A stretch of DNA of 64,000 nucleotides from an uncultured Acidobacteriota bacterium (lineage in GTDB: Bacteria > Acidobacteriota > JAQAZP01). Positions 9,806 through 18,751 of this stretch are shown in pieces. The stretch is taken from assembly GCA_963836075.1 (NCBI GenBank), contig CAWIIB010000001.1, positions 1,184,001 to 1,248,000 on the forward strand, in the 5' to 3' direction. Each line of letters begins with the position of its first letter. The stretch's first letter is position 1. Under the pieces are notes generated by a model. It saw only the letters and a program-made list of their open reading frames with translations, was not told where the DNA came from and did no database searches. Position numbers and translations under genes: made by a program.

Positions 9806-10809
9806 GGGACGATGTTTTCGATCAGTTGGGCGTTGCGGTCAGCAAGGCTGTTGCCGGCATACATTTCTTCCAACGGGTCGGTACCGATTTCATACAGTCC
9901 GATCACCGTGTGCAGCAGGCTTAGCCACCGGGGCAGGCAACCGCGAACCAGTTCGAGCAGCGCCTCCCTCAGGGGCGGGTGGTGGATGCCGTAGCGGGCC
10001 GCCCAGGCCGGCCCGTGCGGTCCAGTCTCCAACAGGGGGCCTGGGTCCGCGCAGACCAGGCGGCACCGGTGGGGACCGGCCCGCTCGATGAAAGCCATGG
10101 AACAGCGCAGCCAGTCCTTGTGGAGGCTCTCCACTCCCTGTTCACCGGCGGGCAGAGTGAGACCGTAGATCACCGTCCCGTCATCGCCGGCCAGACCGTC
10201 CGTCTCCGGCTCGGAATCCGCAGCCCCGGGCTGGAACACCTCGATACGCCCGACCCAGGGGGGAACCGACCCGGCGCGCCCCCGGGACCGGCGCCGAAAA
10301 CCGCGACCCACTGCTTCAAAGGTCACGCCCAGGTCCGGTGGCCGCTCCCCGGCGTCAGCGATCAGCAGCACCGGAAAGGGGTGTTGAACTGCCGGGTCCG
10401 GCCCCGGAAGGAGTTCTGCGGGCCGCGGCAGTTTCTCCACGGCCCGCCGCAATTGAGGGATGATGTCCGATCCATCCGCGCTGGAGAGAAGCGGGGCCGG
10501 GCAGTTGATGCCGGACCGGACCAGGGCGCAGCGGAGGATGTCCGCCCCGGTGCGGTCGTGATCTCCTCCGACCACCAGGGCCCGGGCAACACCTTCGCCG
10601 GCCAGCAGTGATGCGCTCTGCCCTGCCGTAGACCCCGAAGATCCGAGGTCCAGCTGAACCGGATACCCCCGGCGGCGCCACCGGGCCACGGCCGACGCCA
10701 GGCGGGACGCCAGGCGGGCCCGCCCCAGGTCGGGGAGGAACAGGCCGCCCAGATAGTCGAACTCGGGAGGCATGATCACCCGCAGTCTGCTGTCGCCCAG
10801 TTCGGCCAT
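9802..10809 (-). CDS. Hypothetical protein (335 aa) within the cluster
   Basis: Tightly packed (4-nt gap upstream, ATGA overlap downstream). No family recognised. Confidence 0.7.
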   Translation of the reverse strand: MAELGDSRLRVIMPPEFDYLGGLFLPDLGRARLASRLASAVARWRRRGYPVQLDLGSSGSTAGQSASLLAGEGVARALVVGGDHDRTGADILRCALVRSGINCPAPLLSSADGSDIIPQLRRAVEKLPRPAELLPGPDPAVQHPFPVLLIADAGERPPDLGVTFEAVGRGFRRRSRGRAGSVPPWVGRIEVFQPGAADSEPETDGLAGDDGTVIYGLTLPAGEQGVESLHKDWLRCSMAFIERAGPHRCRLVCADPGPLLETGPHGPAWAARYGIHHPPLREALLELVRGCLPRWLSLLHTVIGLYEIGTDPLEEMYAGNSLADRNAQLIENIVP

Positions 10810-10813
10810 GAGA

Positions 10814-11773
10814 TCACCACCACCGGGATTCCCGCCCGCCCTCCGGCAACAGCGGCCTGAGTTCGGACACCGCTTTCTTCAGCCCGTCCCGGGGACCGAA
10901 GACCGGGTCCTCGTTCTCCACCGCCAGGTAGCCGCCATACCCGCTGAGTTGGAGTTCACTGATCAGCCGCTTCCAGGGCACGTCCCCCCATCCCGGGATC
11001 CGGAACCGGAATCCGCGATCCGGGCGATCCCAGGCACCGCGGGCCAGCAGGCCCGAGCGAGCGGCGTTGTGGGGCACAACCTCACCGTCCTTGGCGTGGA
11101 CATGGAAGATTCGCCCTTCCAGTTCCCGGACAAAGAGCACCGGGTCCACTCCGGCCAGCAGCAGGTTGGCCGGGTCCAGATTGAAGCCCCACCGCTGGTG
11201 GCCGCCCAGAATGCTCACACTTTCCAGCGCGGTTTCGGTGTTGTAGACCATCTGTTTCGGATGGGGCTCCTGGGCAAAGCGCACACCCAGCGAATCGAAC
11301 TGCTCCAGCAGGCGGCCCACCCGCTCCTGGAAGACGGGAATCATTTTCTCCCACCCCTGCGGGTCGGGCCAGGGGTAGAACCGCGAGTAGTCCTCGCAAC
11401 CCAGGAAACCCACCACCAGCCCCACGTCGAGGTCCGCGGCCAGACGGGCCGTCTGGAGCAGCCGAGCCGCGGCATGGGCGATTTTTTCGGCGGGCGACCC
11501 GGGGTGGACGGCATCGGTATCCCGGTGGTGGGGCCCCAGCAGGAGCTGCCCCTCCTGGTGGTTGGAAATGGCCGAGATCTCCAGCCCGAAACCGGCAATG
11601 CGTTTCTTCAGTCCTGCAGCGCCGCCGGAGAGCAACGGTTCCAGATCGACCCATGGGCTGCGGCCGTCCACCGGCAGTTCAAGAGCGCTCACCCCCAGGT
11701 CGGCCATGAAACGGAGCCCCTCATCCAGGGTCATGGAATAGAGGGGTTGCGGGCACATGGACAGTTTCATCAC
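10814..11773 (-). CDS. Sugar phosphate isomerase/epimerase, xylose-isomerase-like TIM barrel (IolH/IolE-like)
   Basis: Metal-ligand pattern EPHP...NLDPAN...HVHAKD...RFRIPGWGDVPW...AVENED. Confidence 0.88.
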   Translation of the reverse strand: MMKLSMCPQPLYSMTLDEGLRFMADLGVSALELPVDGRSPWVDLEPLLSGGAAGLKKRIAGFGLEISAISNHQEGQLLLGPHHRDTDAVHPGSPAEKIAHAAARLLQTARLAADLDVGLVVGFLGCEDYSRFYPWPDPQGWEKMIPVFQERVGRLLEQFDSLGVRFAQEPHPKQMVYNTETALESVSILGGHQRWGFNLDPANLLLAGVDPVLFVRELEGRIFHVHAKDGEVVPHNAARSGLLARGAWDRPDRGFRFRIPGWGDVPWKRLISELQLSGYGGYLAVENEDPVFGPRDGLKKAVSELRPLLPEGGRESRWW

Positions 11774-12792
11774 TTCACACCTCCCACCACTCCCGGCGTT
11801 GCACCGGGCGCTCGGATGAGGGACGGATAATCACACGCCGCGCAGGGGAATTCCCGAGGATGTTCGTCCTTCAGCAGGGCGCGCCGGATCTCCATCATAC
11901 GCGGACCGGTCCACAGATCCTCCAGGCTCGAACGGTTTACGTTCCCGATCACGGTGCTGCGCATCCAGTCGCAATTGCAGAGCACCATGTCACCGTTGTA
12001 CAGCACGTAAGCTTTGACGAACGGCCGCTGGCACACCCGGCGCGGCCCGGCCGCTTCCCCGGCAGTTGTCCAGCGGCTGGTCCTGATCAGTCCCGCACGG
12101 TTGGTCACCGGTTTCAGGAACACGTCAAATCCTGTCTCCTCACGGAAGCGATCACTGGCCTCCCGCACCCCGGGCAGGTCCAGACTGACCACCCTGATGC
12201 GCATCGTTCCCAGGTGCCCACAGCGAACCAGCCGTCCCACCCGGCGAAGATTTTCCATCACCCGGTGAAAGTCGACGCCCTGCATGACCCGGTCATGCTG
12301 CCGCCGGTCGAACCCGTTGATCGACACGTTGACCTCGTCCAGCCCGGCCTCGGCAAGCCCGCGGGCCCGCCGCTCCGACAGCAGAAGGCCGTTGGTGTAC
12401 AGCAGGGCCGCGGTGTCCGGGTCCCGGCCCTTGAGCTGGGCGGTGAAACGCTCGATCCGCCGGTCCAGCAACGGCTCGTTCATCAGGAAGAGACTGGTCC
12501 GTTCCACGCCCCGGCCCGCCATCTGGTCAACAATGGTGTCGAAAGTGTGGTCGGACATCTCACCCTGGGGCAACTGCCGGCGAACCGCGGGGTAGGGGCA
12601 GGTCAGACATTGGCCATTGCACCGGCTGGTGGTCTGGATCTGGATCTTGACGAAAAAGGGCAGAGCGTGCGCTTCGATATTGTCCACGGTCACGGCACCG
12701 CGACGGAGCTTGCAGACAAGTCCCCGCTCGCGTTGCCCTTCGGTGATCCTGTCAAAAACGGTGCTCATTTCAGTGTCCGCATCCACCATCAA
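11770..12792 (-). CDS. Radical SAM protein with SPASM/twitch domain
   Basis: CNGQCLTC (CxxxCxxC), NEPLLD, TNG; C-terminal CQRPF...GDMVLCNCDW...IGN...CAAC. Confidence 0.92.
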   Translation of the reverse strand: MMVDADTEMSTVFDRITEGQRERGLVCKLRRGAVTVDNIEAHALPFFVKIQIQTTSRCNGQCLTCPYPAVRRQLPQGEMSDHTFDTIVDQMAGRGVERTSLFLMNEPLLDRRIERFTAQLKGRDPDTAALLYTNGLLLSERRARGLAEAGLDEVNVSINGFDRRQHDRVMQGVDFHRVMENLRRVGRLVRCGHLGTMRIRVVSLDLPGVREASDRFREETGFDVFLKPVTNRAGLIRTSRWTTAGEAAGPRRVCQRPFVKAYVLYNGDMVLCNCDWMRSTVIGNVNRSSLEDLWTGPRMMEIRRALLKDEHPREFPCAACDYPSLIRAPGATPGVVGGVK

Positions 12793-14054
12793 TCGGCCAC
12801 CTGCCGCAGGACCAGCGGCGTCATGGCCCGTGCGTTCTGTTCATCGATGCCCAGCGGGTGCGCGCGCAGTGCGGCGGTGATACTGACCGGGTGCCGATCC
12901 AGTGCCGCCTGCAGCGCAGCCGCCTCGTAGCGGGCCAGCTTTCCGAGCATCTGCAAAAAGGGATCGAGCCTTCCCCCGGACACGGGTTGCGGTCCGGTGA
13001 ATGGTATCATGCGCCCACCGGCCGGGCCGAGGATGGAGCGCTTTTCCACGATGGCCCCGGGGGGAAGACCCGGGATGTCCGACCCGTTGGCCTCGGAGAG
13101 GTAGAGGCACCGCTCCCCTCCCCCCAGCAGGGCGGAAATGGCTGGGACCAGAGCCAGTTCGAACCACCGCAGGTCACGCTGGTCCATGAAACCGGGCAGG
13201 CCGGGCTCTCCCGACCTGCCGTACCATTCGAAAAGCCTGGCGGAGAGTTCGCTCAGCGTCTCCCCCCGGCTCTGGCTTTTCCTGGCCAGCATCTGCGCCT
13301 CACGGGCCGTGTGGTAATAGAGGCGCATGTAAGGCAGCGGCAGGGCGTGGACCCGCTTCATCACCTGCGGGTCCACCCGAAAGAAGTCGTCCCCCGTACA
13401 GGATGTGATCCGGTCAAAGAGTTCGGGCAACAGGTCGCGACCCTGCCCGACCAGGCGCACGAACCACCCCTGGTGATTCAGGCCCAGATAGTCCGCGTCC
13501 AGCTGGTCCGTCCGCAATCCGATCAACCGGGCGGCCCTGTGCAATACGCAGCCCGGGAGCTCGCAGATTCCGAAAGACCGCAGTTCCGGCACGCGTTTCA
13601 GGGCGGCCAGCAGAATTCCCACGGGATTGGTCATGTTGATGAACCAGGCCCCGGGAGCTACCCGAGCCGCCTGTCTCGCCGCCTCCAGCACCACCGGTAC
13701 ACCGCGCACCGCCGAAGCCAGCCCGCCGGGGCCGATGGTTTCATCCCCCGGCAGACCGTAAGCAAGGGGAAACCGTTCGTCGTGGCTGCGGCCTGGCCAA
13801 CCGCCGATGCGCATCTGGTTGATGATGATCGCGGCACCCTCGGCCGCGGCACTGATGGAGGTGACGGCCGAGTAGTGCTGCGGCTGGTGGCGTCCAGCGG
13901 CCTGGCGGTTACAGACCCGGGTCACGGCAGCCAGCCGCTCCGCGTTCCGGCCGTGAAGCCGCACCTCCAGCGGGGGCAGTCTGTCCGCGGCGTCGGCCAG
14001 CGCTCTGGCCAGGGCGGGCGTGAAGGCGCTGGATCCGCCAAGCACAGCCACCAC
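12789..14054 (-). CDS. Family 4 glycoside hydrolase-like protein (NAD+-dependent, 6-phospho-beta-glucosidase-like)
   Basis: AVLGGSSAFT, QMRIGG, DERFPL.YG..GDETIGPGG, INMTNP, GICE, GLNH. Start placed at GTG 14054 (uncertain). Confidence 0.88.
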   Translation of the reverse strand: MVAVLGGSSAFTPALARALADAADRLPPLEVRLHGRNAERLAAVTRVCNRQAAGRHQPQHYSAVTSISAAAEGAAIIINQMRIGGWPGRSHDERFPLAYGLPGDETIGPGGLASAVRGVPVVLEAARQAARVAPGAWFINMTNPVGILLAALKRVPELRSFGICELPGCVLHRAARLIGLRTDQLDADYLGLNHQGWFVRLVGQGRDLLPELFDRITSCTGDDFFRVDPQVMKRVHALPLPYMRLYYHTAREAQMLARKSQSRGETLSELSARLFEWYGRSGEPGLPGFMDQRDLRWFELALVPAISALLGGGERCLYLSEANGSDIPGLPPGAIVEKRSILGPAGGRMIPFTGPQPVSGGRLDPFLQMLGKLARYEAAALQAALDRHPVSITAALRAHPLGIDEQNARAMTPLVLRQVAD

Positions 14055-14073
14055 GGCCCCGCCCGGCGTTGTC

Positions 14074-15198
14074 TCACTCCCCGAAAAAAAGTCTGACCTG
14101 CTCGCAGACATACTCCACCTGGGTGTTGGTGATCTCCGGCGCAACGGGAAGCGACAGGACCGTGCGGCAGCACTCCTCGGTGATCGGGAAGTCGCCCTCC
14201 CGGTATCCAAGGTCCAGATCCAGTTGCTGCAGATGAGGCGGAATGGGGTAGTGCAGTCCGGCGTTGATTCCCGCGGATTTGAGGTGACTGCGCAGTTCAT
14301 CGCGCCGGGCCGAGCGGACGACGTAGAGGTGATAGACATGACTGAGATCACCCGGGTCGTGGGGCAACCGGAGGTCGCCCACTCCCGCCAGCAGTTCCCG
14401 GTACAGAGCGGCGATCTCCCGCCGGCGGCGGTTCCACCCGTCCAGGCGTCTCAGCTTGTGCCGCAGGATCACCGCCTGGATCGTGTCCAGCTTGGTGTTG
14501 GGCGCCGCGCAGCCGACATCGTACTTGGTTGTCTTGCCCAGATTACGCATCACCCGGAGCATCTCCGCCAATCGGGTGTCCGAGGTGGTAATCATCCCCC
14601 CGTCGCCAAAGGCGCCAAGGTTTTTGCTGGGGTGGAAACTGAAGCACCCCATGGCACCGTATGCGCCCACCGCGCGGCCATCCCCGCCGACGGCCCCGTG
14701 GGCCTGGGCCGCATCTTCAACCACCGCCACCTGCCGGCCCTGACAGAGGGCACAGATATCCTCCAGGGGAGCCACCGCGCCATAGAGGTGAACCGGTATC
14801 ACCGCGGCCGTCCTGCGGGTCAGGCCCTGCTCCAGACCCCGGGCCGTGATATTCATCGTCTCAGGATCAGGCTCCACCAGAACCGGCCTGGCTCCAGCCA
14901 TGATGATGGCACTCACCGTGGCGATGAAGGTGTTGGCCGCGGTGACCACCTCGTCCCCGGGCCCGATCCCCAGGGCCCGCAAGGCGAGGAGCAACGCGTC
15001 GGTCCCCGAATTGAGGCCGACGGCCTGGCTGGTGCCGGCCAGCGCGGCGAACTCCTGTTCAAAGGTTTCCACCGGTTTCCCGAGAACGGGATTCTCCTCC
15101 AGTAGAGCCCGCCGGAGCGCGGGGAGGAGCTCCGGGAGCAGTTCGCGGTACTGCAGGGCATAATCCTTGGAGGGGACCTTGTATTTTTTGCCGTCCAT
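14074..15198 (-). CDS. DegT/DnrJ/EryC1/StrS family PLP-dependent sugar aminotransferase
   Basis: NSGTDAL, PVHLYG, VEDAAQAHGA, FSFHPSKNLGAFGDGG (PLP lysine), HVYHLY. Confidence 0.95.
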   Translation of the reverse strand: MDGKKYKVPSKDYALQYRELLPELLPALRRALLEENPVLGKPVETFEQEFAALAGTSQAVGLNSGTDALLLALRALGIGPGDEVVTAANTFIATVSAIIMAGARPVLVEPDPETMNITARGLEQGLTRRTAAVIPVHLYGAVAPLEDICALCQGRQVAVVEDAAQAHGAVGGDGRAVGAYGAMGCFSFHPSKNLGAFGDGGMITTSDTRLAEMLRVMRNLGKTTKYDVGCAAPNTKLDTIQAVILRHKLRRLDGWNRRRREIAALYRELLAGVGDLRLPHDPGDLSHVYHLYVVRSARRDELRSHLKSAGINAGLHYPIPPHLQQLDLDLGYREGDFPITEECCRTVLSLPVAPEITNTQVEYVCEQVRLFFGE

Positions 15199-15204
15199 CA
15201 GCGT

Positions 15205-16125
15205 TCACCCGTTGCGCACGTGATCCCTGATCAGGCCCGCTGCTCCGAACGCACCAACCTGCGGGCCGAGGGCCGACGTCTCGATGAGAGCATGACCCGC
15301 CGATTCGTTGAAGGCGCGGCGCCGGACTTCGTCGCGCACCGTCTGCAGATAGTTGTGACCGATCAGGGGTACACCACCGGTCAGCACCACCAGGTCAGGA
15401 TTGAAGATGTTGATGATGTTGGCCACCCCGGCCCCCAGGGCCCGGGCGCCCTCCTCGACGGCCTGGGCGGCGGCCTTGTCGCCGCTCCGCGCTGCCGCGG
15501 CAACGCTCTCCACGGTGACCGGCGCGGGAAGATCCTTGACTCCCAGTTCCAGGGCCCGTCGGGAGATGGCGCTTCCCGAAGCCAGGGTGTTCAGGCACCC
15601 CCGATTGCCGCACCAGCAGCTCCGGCCCTGCCACTGGATGGTGGTGTTGCCGAACTCGGCGGACGTTCCGGTGGACCCGCGGTAGAGCCGACCGTCGATG
15701 ATGATCGCCCCGCCGATGCCCGTGCCCACGGTGAGCAGGATCATGTTCAATCCCGGCGGGGAGCCGCGGGCCAGCCACTCGCCGTAACCGGCGGCGGTGG
15801 CGTCGTTGTCCACCAGGCAGGGCAGGCCGTCCAGCCCCCGGGAGAGCATGGCGGCCAGGTGGACCTGGTCCCATCCGGGAAGGATCACCGAACTGAGAAC
15901 CAGTCCCTGCCGCATGTCCACCAGACCGGCGAACCCGACACCCACACCGCGCGGGGTCCCGTGCCGGCCCGCAAGATCGCGGCCCACACCGATGGCACGT
16001 TCGATGACCCGCTGCGGTCCGTCCTCGCGCCCCGTGGCAATCTTCAGCGTGTCCAGGACACGGAGGTCCTCCGATACGGCGGCGCCCAGGATCTTTGTCC
16101 CCCCGATGTCGAGGCCCAGATACAT
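15205..16125 (-). CDS. ROK family sugar/cyclitol kinase
   Basis: LDIGGTK ATP motif, DNDA, GTGIGG, EFGN, CWCGNRGC. No HTH domain. Start ATG 16125 with GGAGG upstream. Confidence 0.92.
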   Translation of the reverse strand: MYLGLDIGGTKILGAAVSEDLRVLDTLKIATGREDGPQRVIERAIGVGRDLAGRHGTPRGVGVGFAGLVDMRQGLVLSSVILPGWDQVHLAAMLSRGLDGLPCLVDNDATAAGYGEWLARGSPPGLNMILLTVGTGIGGAIIIDGRLYRGSTGTSAEFGNTTIQWQGRSCWCGNRGCLNTLASGSAISRRALELGVKDLPAPVTVESVAAAARSGDKAAAQAVEEGARALGAGVANIINIFNPDLVVLTGGVPLIGHNYLQTVRDEVRRRAFNESAGHALIETSALGPQVGAFGAAGLIRDHVRNG

Positions 16126-16159
16126 CGTCTTGCCTCCACCCGCACGACCGGTCCGAGAA

Positions 16160-16918
16160 TCAGCCGGGGGGATCCTCAAACCCGCCAAGCTCGTCGGGAT
16201 CCAGCCCGAAAGCGGCCGGATCCCTGGCCACCATGGCATAACCGGTGTTCAGGTCATCCTCGTCGTTGATATCGATCCATGGTTCCTGGTGATGATGCTC
16301 CATGACGACCATCCCGGCAGCCAGGGCCCGCTGTACCAGATCAGGAAAGGGGAGTACTTCGCCACGCTTCAGAAGGGCGATGAGCCGCGGTTCGATACAG
16401 TAGATTCCGGAAGATATCCGGTATTCCTTCACTGGCTTTTCCACGTAACCGGTCACCCGGTTTCCCGTGTCACTGAAGACCTCTCCCAGCTTCAGACGGA
16501 CCCGCTCCGTGTGGGTGGGGATGGTCATGTCGGCCCCGGCCCCGCGGTGGAAAGCCAGCAGAGCCCTGAGGTCGATTCCCGAAAGCAGATCACCGTTGGC
16601 CGTCAACACGGTGCGGCCCAGATTCCTCAGTTCCACCAGGGCGCCGATGGTGCCCTGGGGACGGGGTTCAACAATGAAGTGCAGGGCCGAACGGCGGAAG
16701 AGGCAACTCCGTTTCAGGTGGTCCATGATCTCGTCGGCCCGATGATGGAGGGCGACGTGAATGTCCTGGACGCCCGCGGCGATGAGCTGCCGGACGGTGA
16801 TCTCGATGAGCGGGATACCGCCCAGTTTGACCAGCGGCTTGGGCACGGTGGGCCTGGTCCGGGCCATGCGCCGCCCTTCGCCGCCGGCCATGATCACTGC
16901 CGATACGTTCTGGGGCAT
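16160..16918 (-). CDS. Sugar-1-phosphate nucleotidyltransferase (NTP_transferase family)
   Basis: MAGGEGRRM...PKPL, GT.GAL, NGDL, EKP, WIDI. Confidence 0.92.
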   Translation of the reverse strand: MPQNVSAVIMAGGEGRRMARTRPTVPKPLVKLGGIPLIEITVRQLIAAGVQDIHVALHHRADEIMDHLKRSCLFRRSALHFIVEPRPQGTIGALVELRNLGRTVLTANGDLLSGIDLRALLAFHRGAGADMTIPTHTERVRLKLGEVFSDTGNRVTGYVEKPVKEYRISSGIYCIEPRLIALLKRGEVLPFPDLVQRALAAGMVVMEHHHQEPWIDINDEDDLNTGYAMVARDPAAFGLDPDELGGFEDPPG

Positions 16919-16930
16919 CTGTCCCGTCCT

Positions 16931-17302
16931 TCAGACCCTGACCTCGATCACGAACAGTTTCAGCGGGTCTTTGCCGTCATTGCACAGCCCATGGGTACCG
17001 CCGGGCCGATTGAGAACCACGCTCCCCGGCCTGACGCGGAATTCCCGTCCATCGAGGTGCATCAGCCCCTCACCCTCCAATACGAGATACAACTCCTCGC
17101 TCGCGCCGTGGGTGTGCCTGCCGATGGAACTTCCCGGCGGCAGGACGGCATAGTCGATAAAATTCCACGGCCCGCTGAAGTCTCCCGCCTCCCGGGCCCT
17201 GTTGAAGAGAATCTTCCCCGCACCGCCATGGGCCTGCACCTCATCCAGGGGCAACTGGTCCAGATTGAACACCTGCCGGTAGTGGCTTTCCGGACTGTTC
17301 AT
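16931..17302 (-). CDS. Cupin domain protein
   Basis: IGRHTH...EELYLVLEGEG...GGTHGL cupin metal motifs. Confidence 0.88.
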   Translation of the reverse strand: MNSPESHYRQVFNLDQLPLDEVQAHGGAGKILFNRAREAGDFSGPWNFIDYAVLPPGSSIGRHTHGASEELYLVLEGEGLMHLDGREFRVRPGSVVLNRPGGTHGLCNDGKDPLKLFVIEVRV

Positions 17303-17312
17303 TATCGCACCA

Positions 17313-18353
17313 TCAATCCCGCTGCCGCAGCACGTGCCTCCGCAGCAGCCAGTAACACGGCGTGAGCTGGAACCTCAACTGGTCGGTGTCGAGGTGCTGG
17401 CCCACGCCGATCCGGCGCAGTTCGAGGGCCGGGGCCCGCCCGATGACATTGGCGCCCCACACGGTGGTGAACGCGGCCAGGAATCCGTTTTCCTCCAGCA
17501 CCCGGCGGGTGGTGGCGTTGAACGTACCGCGCCGGCCGTTGGGATAGCAGAAGACGGGATGGTCCTGTCCCACCTGCTCCCGGATCAGCCGGCGACTGGT
17601 CCGCACCTCGGTGACCATCTCCGGCTCCGGGAGCCGGGCCATTATCGGGTGGGTGTGGGTGTGGGGAGCGATGTCCAGGCCCTCACCGGCCAGCCGGCGC
17701 AGATCGTCCCAGTTGAGCAGGCTGTCCTCACGCCGCGGAGTGACATCCAACTGCTGCTGCAACCGGTCGAGACGGTCCAGGCGCTGCTGGTTGGGGAGTT
17801 CGATGAGCACGTCGATGATCCTTACAGTGGCTTCCCGTCGCGCCCGGTGCCCGTCCAACCCCACCGGCTCCATATTGTCCAGACTGACCTCCCCCGCTCT
17901 GGTCCGGCTGATCATCTGGTGCACCGCATCCCACCAGAAAACACGCGTTTCATCTCCGGGGTAGGCCGTGGGGACAAACAGCAGGGCCGGAAGGCCCATC
18001 TCCCTGAGCAGGGGCCAGGCGTGCTCGGCAAAGTCGCCGTAGCCATCGTCGAAGGTCAACAGCACAGCGCGCGGAGGAAGCGGCCGGCCTTCCCGGACGG
18101 CTTCGACTAACTGCCGCACCGGGATGATGCTGTATCGTCGCTGAAGGAAGCGGACCTGCTCGGCGAAATCCTCGGGCGAAGCACAGCAGAGATCGGGATC
18201 GAGGGAATCACCCTCCCGCTCCGGCCGGCCGATACGGTGAAAGGTGATCACCCGGAGCGTGTTCCGCGGCTGGCGGTCCAGGCGCTCCAGCGCGCCCAGC
18301 ACACCGGAGAACCGGAACGACTTCCCGATGGCTGATTTCAGACTGTGGGGCAT
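17313..18353 (-). CDS. Polysaccharide deacetylase (CE4/NodB)
   Basis: FHRI, LTFDDGY, HTHTHP, FCYPNG motifs. Start moved to ATG 18353. Confidence 0.9.
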   Translation of the reverse strand: MPHSLKSAIGKSFRFSGVLGALERLDRQPRNTLRVITFHRIGRPEREGDSLDPDLCCASPEDFAEQVRFLQRRYSIIPVRQLVEAVREGRPLPPRAVLLTFDDGYGDFAEHAWPLLREMGLPALLFVPTAYPGDETRVFWWDAVHQMISRTRAGEVSLDNMEPVGLDGHRARREATVRIIDVLIELPNQQRLDRLDRLQQQLDVTPRREDSLLNWDDLRRLAGEGLDIAPHTHTHPIMARLPEPEMVTEVRTSRRLIREQVGQDHPVFCYPNGRRGTFNATTRRVLEENGFLAAFTTVWGANVIGRAPALELRRIGVGQHLDTDQLRFQLTPCYWLLRRHVLRQRD

Positions 18354-18751
18354 GGACCGCTCATCCTTGTTTGGGTGTCGCAACTCCTATCGGCGCAAAT
18401 TGTACAACACCGTGAGGGGATTTGCCCATTGATGACATGCGGGACACCACTACTCTTCCGCCGAGGGTGATACCAGCATCGGACCGGGCAGGGGCCCACC
18501 CGGCCCCCGATCCCCTCGGTGAGCGTCCCCCGGGCAGATGCGCCTGATCAGTCAAAACCGTTGCCGCCTGAACGGGGAGTGTTGCCTCAACTGGAGAAAA
18601 GGGCAGGGTACAATCAGGAACGCCGGAGCTTCGACCCCAGACCATCCGATGTGGCTCTTTGAGTTCCTGGGGCCTGGTCCAGGCAGTTGCTATCGACCAT
18701 TGTGGGGCAGACGCAGTTACTCCGCTACAAATGAGCTTGCCAGCCGGTTCA

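Noticed and set aside
18384-18751. Riboswitch or ncRNA in the ~370-nt leader of the cluster
   Set aside because: No consensus that I recognise; an Rfam/Infernal scan would be needed.
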